Positions 39,965-52,767 of a stretch of DNA of 62,017 nt are shown here, piece after piece (position 1 is the stretch's first letter; each line of letters begins with the position of its first letter). This DNA comes from Lysobacterales bacterium (GTDB lineage: Bacteria; Pseudomonadota; Gammaproteobacteria; Xanthomonadales; SZUA-36): contig JAOUCZ010000001.1 of assembly GCA_029859505.1 (NCBI GenBank), forward strand, positions 1 through 62,017. Reading direction: 5' to 3'. The translations under genes were made by a program, and so were the position numbers. Under the pieces are notes generated by a model. The model ran no database searches and was not told where the DNA came from. It saw only the letters and a program-made list of their open reading frames with translations.

Positions 39965-40669
39965 CTAAATCATCGCCAGCCAGACACCAAATATCATTGC
40001 CCAGGGAAGCACTGCGATAACGGTTGATTTCACCAGGTCGGCACCGGTCCAGCGGGCGTACCCGATACTCATCAGGAAAAACGTCCAGAAATTGATCAGG
40101 GTCAGCGAAGAGGCCCAGGTAAACATGGGCTCACCGGGACTCGCGTGAACCAACAGGGAGTTCAACGACAGGACTTGCAGATCCTGCGTAACCATCTGGT
40201 TCGAATCCGCCATGAAAATTGCGGCAAAACCTGCCAGGGCACCGAAAACACCCACAAAAGCCGTCCAGACACTGAAAGAAAACCACTGGCTAAAACCGAT
40301 ATCCGCACCCGTAATGAGCTTATTGGCCAGGTGCAGGTAAGACGCCTGAATGGTGTAGATGATAAAAGACACAATCACGATGGCAATGACTGTCGTCCAC
40401 ATACTTCTCCCGGGTTCCATGAACTGCCTGATAGCATCGGCACTTTCAGCACGCCGTTCGGCAGGTACCTGGCGAATGGTTTCTTCAACCAGCCATGGAA
40501 AATCCACCCAACTGTAGTAATAAACAAACAGACCGGACGCCAGCAACATGGTGATCAGCAAAGGCCACCATAACCAAGAGGTATGTGACTTGATCTCATC
40601 CAGGGCCTTGCCCGGTGAGGCGACGATATCAACCATCGCATTGAACACAGAATAGGAATTATCCGTCAT
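39965..40669 (-). CDS. Yip1-domain integral membrane protein (YknW-like position)
   Basis: Start moved to ATG 40669 (MTDNSYSVFNAMVDIVASPGKALDEIK, GGGAGAG SD). 234 aa with five predicted TM helices. It is the first gene of the MFP-ATPase-FtsX module. Confidence 0.65.
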   Translation of the reverse strand: MTDNSYSVFNAMVDIVASPGKALDEIKSHTSWLWWPLLITMLLASGLFVYYYSWVDFPWLVEETIRQVPAERRAESADAIRQFMEPGRSMWTTVIAIVIVSFIIYTIQASYLHLANKLITGADIGFSQWFSFSVWTAFVGVFGALAGFAAIFMADSNQMVTQDLQVLSLNSLLVHASPGEPMFTWASSLTLINFWTFFLMSIGYARWTGADLVKSTVIAVLPWAMIFGVWLAMI

Positions 40670-40781
40670 GTCGTCTCTCCCTTTTGAACTGCGGCCGGGA
40701 TGGTTTGCACCCATCGGGCCGATTGTTATTGACCGAGGCTTATTATCTGCTCTTTTATCAGCCTGTAACAGGGTCAAAAGT

Positions 40782-40801
40782 AGTGATGCTTAGACATCAC
40801 T
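40782..40801. repeat. 7-bp inverted repeat AGTGATG-N6-CATCACT between PLD stop and Yip1 start
   Basis: Read directly from the sequence. It could be a terminator stem for the PLD gene or an operator for the downstream operon. Confidence 0.3.
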
Positions 40802-40855
40802 GATGTTGGTGCGGTAGTTCTTCTCTATTTTTATGGTCAATTGAGCAGACCTCAT

Positions 40856-42439
40856 TTACAGTTGGCCTTCCGGCAAAACTCGAGACAGGAAAGCTTTAAA
40901 CCTCAGCCATGCACTCGTTTGGGGCTCCGTTGTTTCAACAACCTCTTCACCGTCAACCAGCGCGGTCCAGCGCAGCTTTCCTTTCTCGTTTTCTGTCACG
41001 CGATAGGCAAATGAAGGCAATGCCGTTAAAAGCCGGTCAGTGAGTCCTCCGGCCAATTCAGCATTATCAATAAACACCCCGGCCTCGGTATTAATATCAA
41101 TGGACCGCGGATCAAGGTTGAGCGAACCCACAAGGGTGTAACGGCGATCTATAAAGGCGGCCTTGGTATGTAAAGTCAGCGAATCATAAGCAGTTTTTGC
41201 GTCCGACTCCGGCGTTTTCGACGCATCTACCCTGACCTCGTATAACTCGACTCCTGCAGAAATCATGTCACGGCGATAGCGGGCGTATGCACTATGCACC
41301 GGCACATGGTTATTGGACGCCAGCGAATTGGTGATAATAACGACCCTGACACCCTTGTTGGTAATACTCCGCCAGAATTCCACCCCGTTTTTTCCGGGAA
41401 TAAAATAGGGTGTAATAATCACTACTTCAGATTCAGCCTCATCAACGGATGAGGCAAGCGCGGTTAGCAGAATTTTCTGGTCAGCCGAGACCTTGTTTAA
41501 CAACTTGTCAGGATCATCGGTGACAACCCGGCTATCGGCCGGAAAAAGAGAAACCTGGTCTTCCACGATGTTGCGCATCAACTCCGATTCCAGAGCCCTT
41601 CCATAAATTGACTGTCCGGCTTCGACAGCAGCCTGGTCCACATTGGCGCGTGCTGTTGCGAGATCCGGGAGCTTCTTGTTCGTTTCAAAGGCTTCCATGG
41701 GCACTGCCAGTTTGTGATTCCAGAATCGATCAAACATGATGGAAATCTCAGCGGCAACCGGCCCTATTGCCAACATGTCAAAATCAACGAACTCAGTATC
41801 CGTCAGTAATTCGAAGTACTCGTCGGCAATGTTTCGGCCACCAACGATGCTGACCTGGTTATCAACGGTGAAGGACTTGTTATGCATACGCCGGTTGGCG
41901 AGTTTGAAATGCCCCAGGTAATTGAGATGGTAAACACCATCCCTGCCAATCGGATTGAAAAGCCGCAGTTCGATATTCGGATGCTTGTTTAGCACCACAA
42001 ATGCATCATCGTTGACTGTCGTAAATATATCGTCGAGTAATAATCTCACCCGGACACCACGATCAGCCGCCTCAAGAAGCTTCCTTGCAAAAAGGCGACC
42101 GGCCGAGTCGGGTTTCATTAAAAAATACTGTGCATCAATCGAGCGTTCTGCCCGGTCAATCAGGGCAAGCCTGGCACCAAGGGCATCGAGGCCATTAATC
42201 ACAGGATAAAACCCGGATTTCCCCGGGTGGACTCCGGTCCACTCGGCAACCTCTTTGCCGAGGTAGGTATTACCGGTATCCGTTTCTGCTTCGCTGTAAT
42301 CCCGGGGAAAATCAAGCGGGGCGGTCGCACAGCCTGCGATAAAAAGAACCAGCGTGAGTGCCGTAAGTGACCTGGAAAAAAGATTCTTCACCGAACCGGC
42401 CAAATACACCCGCGAAAGATCAAGGCTGTGGATTAACAC
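40856..42439 (-). CDS. phospholipase D-family lipoprotein (ClsC/YmdC-like cardiolipin synthase/PLD)
   Basis: 527 aa with two HKD motifs (HNKSFTVDNQVSIVGGRNI and HTKAAFIDRRYTLVGSLNLD) and lipobox LFIAGC. The start is uncertain (GTG 42439 or GTG 42391). Confidence 0.85.
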   Translation of the reverse strand: MLIHSLDLSRVYLAGSVKNLFSRSLTALTLVLFIAGCATAPLDFPRDYSEAETDTGNTYLGKEVAEWTGVHPGKSGFYPVINGLDALGARLALIDRAERSIDAQYFLMKPDSAGRLFARKLLEAADRGVRVRLLLDDIFTTVNDDAFVVLNKHPNIELRLFNPIGRDGVYHLNYLGHFKLANRRMHNKSFTVDNQVSIVGGRNIADEYFELLTDTEFVDFDMLAIGPVAAEISIMFDRFWNHKLAVPMEAFETNKKLPDLATARANVDQAAVEAGQSIYGRALESELMRNIVEDQVSLFPADSRVVTDDPDKLLNKVSADQKILLTALASSVDEAESEVVIITPYFIPGKNGVEFWRSITNKGVRVVIITNSLASNNHVPVHSAYARYRRDMISAGVELYEVRVDASKTPESDAKTAYDSLTLHTKAAFIDRRYTLVGSLNLDPRSIDINTEAGVFIDNAELAGGLTDRLLTALPSFAYRVTENEKGKLRWTALVDGEEVVETTEPQTSAWLRFKAFLSRVLPEGQL

Positions 42440-42457
42440 ACCAATACCGCCTGAAGG

Positions 42458-42940
42458 TTATCCGTCATGGGCTTTATGTGAATGTTGTTTAATTTCATCC
42501 AACTGACTTTTAATACGGTCGTCATGCGCCAATAAATAGCTCATTATCGACAACATGGCTCCGGCGGATACACCAAACATCAACACACCGACACTGGATT
42601 CAATCGCACCCATAAGCCGCCATTGTTCACTCATGACAATGTCGCCATAACCCAGCGAGGCGAAATTGACCATGGAGTGATAATAGGCGGTCTGAAAATC
42701 ACCGAACTCACCCACGAACACAAACAGGAACGCCCAGATTGCCACCTGGGCCAGGTGCCCGATAAAGAGTATCACCATGATCATACTGATGACGTAGGTA
42801 GTCCTACGTTTGACATTAGCTTTCTTGCTCGCTCTGGACACGATTTTGAACAGGTACTGGAGAATATATACTATCGCAAAAATCTGGATACCCATCGAAA
42901 CGATGACCGTGGCACAACCTAGCAGTAATGGCATGAACAT
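42458..42940 (-). CDS. small potassium-channel-family membrane protein
   Basis: Start moved to ATG 42940 (GGGGAG SD). The pore helix and selectivity filter read AYYHSMVNFASLGYGDIVM, flanked by TM helices. It ends 18 nt upstream of the PLD gene. Confidence 0.7.
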   Translation of the reverse strand: MFMPLLLGCATVIVSMGIQIFAIVYILQYLFKIVSRASKKANVKRRTTYVISMIMVILFIGHLAQVAIWAFLFVFVGEFGDFQTAYYHSMVNFASLGYGDIVMSEQWRLMGAIESSVGVLMFGVSAGAMLSIMSYLLAHDDRIKSQLDEIKQHSHKAHDG

Positions 42941-43148
42941 GACGACTCCCCGATGCTCGTAGAACGATAGCGTAGAAAACAAGAATACTACACCATCAAT
43001 CACTGTGGCCGCAGGCACCACTCAAAAAGACCTCTCATGCGGCCGGTAAAACAGTATTGAACCACTGTTTGAGGCCAGTGTGATCAGTAAACAAAATATA
43101 GTCCACTTCAACCATTATTCCGATGATGCTCAAAACCGCGCCACAGCG

Positions 43149-43178
43149 TTGCTCTGGCTTTCTTCACGGTGCTATAAT
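43149..43178 (+). promoter_or_regulatory. sigma70-type promoter candidate for the atp operon
   Basis: TTGCTC (43149-54), an 18-nt spacer, then TGcTATAAT (extended -10, TATAAT at 43173-78). It lies about 100 nt upstream of atpB. Confidence 0.45.
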
Positions 43179-43224
43179 GCCCCGCTAAATAGCGACAAGC
43201 CGGATTACCGCTTTCTGCTACTGA

Positions 43225-44316
<1,092 letters not shown>

Positions 44317-44390
44317 TGAATTGAGTTTTGTTTTTTGTTTTAGTCGTTTTATTTTTTTAGGCAATCAATCTCTTGGAAAGGGAGTTATAG

Positions 44391-44660
<270 letters not shown>

Positions 44661-44729
44661 TCAGCCAGCTCACGTGAGCCTGCCCGGTTTTCCGGGCAGT
44701 TAAACTGAACCATCTGAACGAGGTAAGGC

Positions 44730-45200
44730 ATGAACATCAATGCCACTTTAATTTTGCAGTCAATCGCGATGATGATTTTCGTGTGGTTCTGCATGAAATT
44801 TATCTGGCCGCCTTTGCTGAAGGCCATGGACGAGCGCCGTGAAAAGGTTGCTGACGGTCTGGCCGCTTCTGATCTGGCCGAAAAAGAGCTGGAAGCTGCG
44901 AAGCTGACGGCTGACGAGCAAATCACTGAAGCACGCAGTAAAGCAGGTGAGATCGTGGATCAAGCCAACCAGCGTCACAGTCAGATCCTGGATCAGGCTA
45001 AAGAGGATGCCGGTAGCGAACGTCAGCGACAAGTATCAGCAGCAGAAGCGGATATAGCGCTTGCAACCAACCAGGCACGTGAGGAATTACGCGCTTCGGT
45101 TGCTAGTCTCGCAGTACTTGGTGCGTCCAAAATACTGGAAAAGGAAGTTGATGCGCAAGCGCATAAAGAACTTCTCGACAAGCTGATCGCCGAGATCTGA
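44730..45200 (+). CDS. atpF: F0F1 ATP synthase subunit b
   Basis: 156 aa with an N-terminal TM ([29 protein letters not shown]) and a long charged helix. Operon position supports the call. Confidence 0.93.
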   Translation: MNINATLILQSIAMMIFVWFCMKFIWPPLLKAMDERREKVADGLAASDLAEKELEAAKLTADEQITEARSKAGEIVDQANQRHSQILDQAKEDAGSERQRQVSAAEADIALATNQAREELRASVASLAVLGASKILEKEVDAQAHKELLDKLIAEI

Positions 45201-45202
45201 CT

Positions 45203-45739
45203 ATGAGCAGCACGACCACCCTGGCCCGCCCTTACGCAAAAGCCGCATTCGAGCTGGCTGGAGCTGATAACGCAACGGGCCGTTGGAATGAAATGCTCAC
45301 CCTGGCCAGCGCCCTGGTCACGGAAGAGACCATGGCCAACCTATTGCAGAGTCCGCAGCTGACTGGCCAACAGGTCGTACAGATTCTGTCCGAAACCGGT
45401 GGCGAAGCATTTGACGCCAGGTTCAGGGATTTTCTGACGGTTTTATCAGAAAACAAGCGGTTTTCCCTGTTACCGGAAATCACAGAGCTTTATCAGCGAC
45501 TACGCGAAGAGGCCGACAAGCTTCTTCGTGTCAAAGTCATTTCAGCGTTTGAGCTTGATGAAGATCAGGCAACACGTCTTAAAGACGCTTTGGCCAGACG
45601 CTTTGAACGTGAAATTTTGCTGGAAAGCGAAGTGGATAAAAGCGTGATTGGCGGAGCAGTGGTTTACGCCGACGGCCAGGTCATCGACGGATCACTTAAA
45701 GACAGGCTGGCAAAGCTGTCAAATAGCCTTATTAACTGA
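45203..45739 (+). CDS. atpH: F0F1 ATP synthase subunit delta
   Basis: 178 aa with TLARPYAKAAFE at the N-terminus and GG.VV..GD.VIDGS...RL..L at the C-terminus. Confidence 0.93.
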   Translation: MSSTTTLARPYAKAAFELAGADNATGRWNEMLTLASALVTEETMANLLQSPQLTGQQVVQILSETGGEAFDARFRDFLTVLSENKRFSLLPEITELYQRLREEADKLLRVKVISAFELDEDQATRLKDALARRFEREILLESEVDKSVIGGAVVYADGQVIDGSLKDRLAKLSNSLIN

Positions 45740-45792
45740 ATTAGTAAAAACACAACGGTCACTGAAAGCAGTGACGCTATGGGAAAAAGACG

Positions 45793-47337
45793 ATGCAGAC
45801 GACATTGAATCCATCTGAAATCAGCGATTTGATCAAAAAACGTGTTGAAGAGCTGAATATTTCGGCCGAAACACGTAATGAAGGCACTGTGGTCAGTGTT
45901 TCCGATGGTATAGCCCGGCTTCACGGTCTCGAAGACGCCATGCAGGGCGAAATGATCGAGTTTCCCAATAATACATTTGGGTTGGCTCTTAACCTCGAGC
46001 GCGATTCCGTTGGTACGGTAATACTGGGTGACTACGAGCACATCACTGAAGGTGACACGGTCAAATGTACCGGCCGTATTCTCGAAGTGCCTCACGGCCC
46101 TGGTCTTCTTGGACGTGTCGTTGACGCACTGGGCAACCCGATCGACGGTCAGGGTCCAATCGAAAATAACGGCTTCGCCCCTATCGAAAAGGTTGCACCC
46201 GGTGTTATTTGGCGTAAGTCTGTAGATCAGCCGGTACAAACCGGTCTGAAATCCATCGACGCCATGGTTCCTATCGGTCGTGGTCAGCGTGAACTGATCA
46301 TTGGCGATCGCCAGATTGGTAAGACCGCTATTGCGATCGACACCATTATTAACCAGGTTGCTTCAGGCATTAAATGTGTTTACGTTGCAATCGGTCAGAA
46401 ACAGTCCACCGTTGCTAACGTTGTAGCCAAGCTTGAAGAACATGGCGCTATGGAGCACACCATCGTGGTGAATGCTTCGGCGTCCGAATCTGCTGCGATG
46501 CAGTACATTGCACCGTATTCCGGTTGCACCATGGGTGAATATTTCCGTGATCGTGGCGAAGATGCCCTGATCATTTATGATGATTTGACCAAGCAGGCCT
46601 GGGCCTATCGCCAGGTATCGCTGCTGCTGCGTCGTCCGCCGGGCCGTGAAGCCTACCCAGGCGACGTTTTCTACCTGCATTCCCGTTTGCTGGAACGTGC
46701 TGCCCGGGTAAATGAAGAATATGTAGAAAAATTCACCAATGGCGAAGTTAAAGGCAAGACCGGCTCGTTGACGGCGCTGCCGATCATTGAAACGCAGGCC
46801 GGTGACGTATCAGCTTTTGTACCGACCAACGTTATCTCTATTACCGATGGTCAGATCTTCCTCGAAACCGATATGTTCAACGCCGGTACACGCCCGGCGG
46901 TACACGCTGGCCTGTCCGTATCCCGTGTAGGTGGCTCGGCACAGACCAAGGTCATCAAGAAGCTGGGTGGCGGTGTTCGTCTGGCCCTGTCTCAGTATCG
47001 TGAGTTGGCGGCTTTTGCGCAATTTGCCTCCGATCTCGATGATGCGACCCGTAAACAGCTGGATCGTGGTCAACGCGTAACTGAGTTGATGAAACAACCG
47101 CAGTACAGCCCGATGTCTGTTGGCAAGATGGCGGTTTCGCTGTTTGCCGCTGACCGTGGCTTTTTTGATGATGTCGAACTGGTCAAGATCGGTGCTTGTG
47201 AAGCAGCCTTACAGGAATATATGGCCAGTTCGAAGTCTGAACTTCTGGACACACTGGACCATGGTGACTGGAACGATGAGGTCGAAGCACAGCTGATTAC
47301 AGCCATGGAAGACTTCAAAGCTACCGGTTCCTGGTAA
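45793..47337 (+). CDS. atpA: F0F1 ATP synthase subunit alpha
   Basis: 514 aa with Walker A GDRQIGKT, and [47 protein letters not shown]. Confidence 0.98.
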   Translation: MQTTLNPSEISDLIKKRVEELNISAETRNEGTVVSVSDGIARLHGLEDAMQGEMIEFPNNTFGLALNLERDSVGTVILGDYEHITEGDTVKCTGRILEVPHGPGLLGRVVDALGNPIDGQGPIENNGFAPIEKVAPGVIWRKSVDQPVQTGLKSIDAMVPIGRGQRELIIGDRQIGKTAIAIDTIINQVASGIKCVYVAIGQKQSTVANVVAKLEEHGAMEHTIVVNASASESAAMQYIAPYSGCTMGEYFRDRGEDALIIYDDLTKQAWAYRQVSLLLRRPPGREAYPGDVFYLHSRLLERAARVNEEYVEKFTNGEVKGKTGSLTALPIIETQAGDVSAFVPTNVISITDGQIFLETDMFNAGTRPAVHAGLSVSRVGGSAQTKVIKKLGGGVRLALSQYRELAAFAQFASDLDDATRKQLDRGQRVTELMKQPQYSPMSVGKMAVSLFAADRGFFDDVELVKIGACEAALQEYMASSKSELLDTLDHGDWNDEVEAQLITAMEDFKATGSW

Positions 47338-47370
47338 GCAGACCGGTTAAACAGTAGGAGCACGCCAAAT

Positions 47371-48234
47371 ATGGCAAGCGGCAAGGAAATTACAGGCAAA
47401 ATCCAGAGCATTGGCAACACCATGAAGGTGACCTCTGCGCTGGAAAAAGTATCTGCCAGTAAAATTCGAAAATCACAGAACCTGATGAACGCAACGCGTC
47501 CTTATGTGCGCATGATGCGTCGTATCTCCGGTCATCTCAGCAAAGCCAATCCGGAAATTCGTCACCCCTTCACCATTGAGCATGACACGGTTGAGAAAGT
47601 CGGCTATATCATTGTTTCTACCGACAGGGGCCTTTGTGGCGGTCTCAACAACAACCTGTTCCGCGCAACTTTGGCAGATATGTCAAAGTGGCAGGAAAAG
47701 AATGCCGAGGTCAAGCTGGTAACGCTGGGTAAAAAAGCTGCTGCGTTTTTCAAAAACGTTAACGTCGACATCCTGGGTTCTATCTCCGGTTTGGGTGAAC
47801 AACCACAGATTGAAGACCTGATCGGCGCCGTACGAATCATGCTGGAAGCTTATCGCGATGAAGAGATACAGCGTCTTTACATCGTTGCCAATGAGTTTAT
47901 TAACACGATGACGCAAAACCCGGTCATCCTGCAAATGCTGCCATTACCACCCGATGACGACACGGAGTTGGGTGATATCTGGGACTATATCTACGAACCT
48001 GATGCCAAGACATTGCTGGACGAGGTTTCTGTACGGTATATCGAAGGTTTGATCTACCAGGCGGTATTGGAAAATCTCGCATCTGAACATGCAGCACGCA
48101 TGTTGGCGATGAAGAATGCCACAGATAACGCAGGCGACCTGATTGATGAGCTGCAACTGGTCTATAACAAGGCCCGCCAGGCTTCCATCACGCAGGAGAT
48201 ATCGGAAATTGTGGGTGGTGCAGCAGCGGTTTAA
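47371..48234 (+). CDS. atpG: F0F1 ATP synthase subunit gamma
   Basis: 287 aa. N-terminus M.SGKEI..KI.S..NT.K.T.A.E.VSASK and C-terminus LQLVYNKARQASITQEISEIVGGAAAV. Confidence 0.97.
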   Translation: MASGKEITGKIQSIGNTMKVTSALEKVSASKIRKSQNLMNATRPYVRMMRRISGHLSKANPEIRHPFTIEHDTVEKVGYIIVSTDRGLCGGLNNNLFRATLADMSKWQEKNAEVKLVTLGKKAAAFFKNVNVDILGSISGLGEQPQIEDLIGAVRIMLEAYRDEEIQRLYIVANEFINTMTQNPVILQMLPLPPDDDTELGDIWDYIYEPDAKTLLDEVSVRYIEGLIYQAVLENLASEHAARMLAMKNATDNAGDLIDELQLVYNKARQASITQEISEIVGGAAAV

Positions 48235-48324
48235 ACACCGGGTCCTGATGACCGGAAGCTGTGTCAGCATATTGAACAGGAATTTTTATTTATTTGTGCA
48301 TAAAGCGAGACCGGATTTGTTTAG

Positions 48325-49761
<1,437 letters not shown>

Positions 49762-49803
49762 GCAGCCTCTTTCCAGGCATTCTCTTTTTATGGGGCCGGA
49801 ATT

Positions 49804-50229
49804 ATGACCAAGACCATACAATGCGATATCGTGAGTGCACACGAGGAAATATTCTCGGGTGAAGCTTCGATGGTGTTTGCCTCCGGTATTGCCGGCGAAT
49901 TGGGTATTACCCCGCGCCATGCACCGCTGATCACCCAGCTAAAAGCTGGGCCAGTGCGTGTACAGCAGCCAAATGGCGAAGAAGAGTTCTTCTTTGTCAG
50001 CGGTGGCATCCTTGAGGTTCAGCCTCACATGGTAACCGTCTTAACGGATACCGCCATGCGTGGTGAAGATCTGGACGAGGCCTCAGCCAAGCATGCCAAG
50101 GCCGAAGCCGAAAGACAATTGGCTGATCGCAGTGGTGAGAAAGATATAGCGGAAGCCCAGGCCGAGTTAAGCCAGGCAGTTGCGCAACTGGCAGCATTAG
50201 AGCATTTGCGAAAGAAGCTAAAGCGCTAG
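49804..50229 (+). CDS. atpC: F0F1 ATP synthase subunit epsilon
   Basis: 141 aa. N-terminal beta-sandwich ([39 protein letters not shown]) plus a C-terminal helical hairpin. Confidence 0.95.
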   Translation: MTKTIQCDIVSAHEEIFSGEASMVFASGIAGELGITPRHAPLITQLKAGPVRVQQPNGEEEFFFVSGGILEVQPHMVTVLTDTAMRGEDLDEASAKHAKAEAERQLADRSGEKDIAEAQAELSQAVAQLAALEHLRKKLKR

Positions 50230-50281
50230 AAATTTACCAAATCAGTTTTCCGGGCACATAGATCACGCATAAAACTTTGAT

Positions 50282-50740
50282 TTATATGTCGATTCGTTTT
50301 GCCACATCAATAATGTCCCTTTCGCAATACGTGCAAACATAACGGTGCCCTTCGTCAAGTCCGAGCCTGAACTCGGTTGTGATGGGTTCATTCTGATTGG
50401 ATATGCAATTCGGGTTCGAGCAGGTCAGTATGCCCCTGACAACTTCAGGCGCCTCGGCATTGAATTTTCGGACAACCTTTCCACCGACAATAATGTTAAT
50501 CGTTGCGTGTGGTGAAACCAGTGCTACTAAATTTGCTTCCTCGGCAGAGAGCTCTACTCCTTCAAACTTGAGAATATCCTTCTTCCCGCCTTTCTTTGAA
50601 TGACTATTAACCAGTATGCTCATGGTCTTGTCACTCGACAGATTCAACACTCTGAGCACGTCGAAAGCCATCGAGGGCAATATATGATCGATCACAGTAC
50701 CGTGCTCAATTCTTTCGACTTTCATGTATTTTTGAGACAC
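50282..50740 (-). CDS. pyrI: aspartate carbamoyltransferase regulatory subunit
   Basis: MKVERIEHGTVIDHI allosteric domain, plus a C-terminal Zn domain with C..C (CSNPNC) and C..C (CTYCE). Start set at GTG 50740, 8 nt after AGGAGG. The track start 50749 lies inside the SD, and ATG 50725 is an alternative. Confidence 0.85.
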   Translation of the reverse strand: MSQKYMKVERIEHGTVIDHILPSMAFDVLRVLNLSSDKTMSILVNSHSKKGGKKDILKFEGVELSAEEANLVALVSPHATINIIVGGKVVRKFNAEAPEVVRGILTCSNPNCISNQNEPITTEFRLGLDEGHRYVCTYCERDIIDVAKRIDI

Positions 50741-50741
50741 T

Positions 50742-51656
50742 TCAATCACCTCCTATAACCATCGAGAGTAATGCCATTCTCACCGGTACGCCGTTAAATG
50801 CCTGCTCGAAGTACTTGGCCTGCGGCATCGCATCGACCTCGGGAAGAATCTCGTTGATTCTGGGCAGGGGATGCATGACGATCATATTATCAGGTCCCCT
50901 GGAAACCAGTTCCGGGTCGATCCGGTACTTGCCGGCAACCTTCTTGTATTCGACCGGATCCGGAAAACGCTCCTTCTGAATGCGTGTGACATAGAGGATA
51001 TCGGTCGAATCTATAACCGCCTCAGGAGAATGACAGGCCGTGCCAAACTGACCTGAATCCTGAAGGTGCTCCACTACTTCGCCCGGCATCTCCAAACCCT
51101 CCGGTGAAACGAGATTGATGGTATTTCCAAACTTTGAAAGCGCAAATGCCAATGAATGAACCGTTCTGCCATAACGAAGATCACCAACCAGACTGATATT
51201 CAAACCTTCCAGCCTGCCCATCTCCTGTCTGATCGTGAACAAGTCCAGTAAAGTCTGAGTGGGGTGCTGACCGGCACCATCACCCGCATTAATGATTGGT
51301 TTTGCGGAAAACTCCGTAGCCAGTTTTGCGGCCCCCTCGCGCGGATGCCGCAGTACGACCGCATCGGCATAACCACTGACCATCCTGATGGTATCGGCCA
51401 GTGTCTCACCCTTCACAACCGAGGTTGCCTCGGTTCCGGCAAAACCGATAACACCACCACCAAGGCGGTGCATGGCTGTCTCGAAAGAAAGCCGGGTGCG
51501 TGTTGATGGTTCAAAGAATATGCTGCCCAGTACCTTGCCTTTGAGACAGTCGTTGACAGCCTGCCCCCTGGCAATGTCGAGCATACCTTCGGCCCGATCG
51601 AGAACATTAATAATTTCCTCAACCGAAAGGTCGTGGACCGAGATCACATGTCGCAT
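50742..51656 (-). CDS. pyrB: aspartate carbamoyltransferase catalytic subunit
   Basis: 304 aa with STRTR (FEPSTRTRLSFE), HPTQ, RIQKER and HPLPR motifs. Confidence 0.93.
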   Translation of the reverse strand: MRHVISVHDLSVEEIINVLDRAEGMLDIARGQAVNDCLKGKVLGSIFFEPSTRTRLSFETAMHRLGGGVIGFAGTEATSVVKGETLADTIRMVSGYADAVVLRHPREGAAKLATEFSAKPIINAGDGAGQHPTQTLLDLFTIRQEMGRLEGLNISLVGDLRYGRTVHSLAFALSKFGNTINLVSPEGLEMPGEVVEHLQDSGQFGTACHSPEAVIDSTDILYVTRIQKERFPDPVEYKKVAGKYRIDPELVSRGPDNMIVMHPLPRINEILPEVDAMPQAKYFEQAFNGVPVRMALLSMVIGGD

Positions 51657-51806
51657 GATATTCCCTCAGCAAATATGCCACTTGGTGGCTGAATTTTAAA
51701 TCATTTAAAGCGGTCAAAACTACAAAGTTTTCAAACTATAAACTGAAGCTGACATAGATCATCCCGTATACCCGGCTTTTGTCGCCACCGGTCCAGCCCC
51801 TCGCCT

Positions 51807-52739
51807 TTATTCCCCGTAGACGATGCCCCTGATATCATTTGAAATCAATGTTCCCGCTTCACCGGACATAATACCGGTTAAATCAGATAGCTTGCCAATT
51901 GCGCTTTGCATGCCGGTTTCACGGACAAACTGGCAGGCGCCGACTATTTTCGGGCCCATGGAACCCGCGACAAAATCCAACTGCTCCAATGCATCGGGAT
52001 GTGCAGCCTTGATAGCCCGTTGTTGCGGAGTCCCGAAATCGGCGTAGACATTGGCCACATCGGTCAACATCACGAACATTTCGGCGTCCAGCTCCCTTGA
52101 AAGCAGGGCGCTGGCAAGATCCTTGTCAATTACAGCTTCAACGCCATACAGCTTTTGCTCCTGATCATATGCGGTGGGAATACCTCCACCGCCCGCGCAT
52201 ATGACTACAACGCCGTTATCCACCAGCATACGGATCACGTTCAACTCGATAATTCGTTGTGGCTGTGGTGATGGGACGACCCTGCGGAAATGCTTTCCAT
52301 CCGCCGCCATGGACCAGCCCTTGGCCTTGCGTAGTTTTTCAGCCTCCAGCCGATCATAGATCGGACCCACCGGCTTGGTAGGGTTGTGAAATGCAGGATC
52401 TTCGGGATCAACCAGTACCTGCGTGAGAACCGTTACGATGTGATCCTTGAATGGAATGATATTTCCCAGTTCCTGCTCAATGATGTAGCCGATCATACCA
52501 ACCGTTTCCGCACCCAGAACATCGAGGGGATAGGGGTCCACCGCGGTATAAGCCGCGTCCATCAGTGCCAGCAATCCCACTTGAGGTCCGTTACCGTGAG
52601 CGATGACCAGTTGGTGATGCTTGTGTACTTCAGCCAGTTGCATGGCCGCGACGCGAATGTTTTCACGTTGATTTTCAGCGTTTAAGCTCTGGCCTCGCTG
52701 TAATAAAGCGTTGCCACCCAGTGCCACTACGACTCTCAT
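51807..52739 (-). CDS. arcC: carbamate kinase
   Basis: Start moved to ATG 52739 ([26 protein letters not shown]). HGNGPQVG and ICAGGGGIP motifs are present. The track's extension to 52982 overlaps the arcB 3' end and has no homology. Confidence 0.9.
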   Translation of the reverse strand: MRVVVALGGNALLQRGQSLNAENQRENIRVAAMQLAEVHKHHQLVIAHGNGPQVGLLALMDAAYTAVDPYPLDVLGAETVGMIGYIIEQELGNIIPFKDHIVTVLTQVLVDPEDPAFHNPTKPVGPIYDRLEAEKLRKAKGWSMAADGKHFRRVVPSPQPQRIIELNVIRMLVDNGVVVICAGGGGIPTAYDQEQKLYGVEAVIDKDLASALLSRELDAEMFVMLTDVANVYADFGTPQQRAIKAAHPDALEQLDFVAGSMGPKIVGACQFVRETGMQSAIGKLSDLTGIMSGEAGTLISNDIRGIVYGE

Positions 52740-52767
52740 TGTTTTCGACCCCGCCTTTCCTCGACCA

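Noticed and set aside
40198-40208. GGTTCGAATCC, a tRNA T-loop-like 11-mer
   Set aside because: The flanks cannot form a T-stem (tctgg/ccgcc mismatch) and there is no acceptor or anticodon arm. It lies inside the Yip1 coding frame.
40856-42439. PLD-family protein as a phage-defence nuclease effector
   Set aside because: The lipoprotein signal and strong resemblance to ClsC/YmdC-type phospholipid enzymes (GF..V..G.DA...R..LI..A..S.D.QYF, RGVRVRLLLDD) point to envelope lipid metabolism. There are no ATPase or sensor partners.
50741-50749. Track start of pyrI at GTG 50749, overlapping pyrB
   Set aside because: That GTG is part of the AGGAGGTGA Shine-Dalgarno/stop sequence. GTG 50740, 8 nt after AGGAGG, is the more plausible start.
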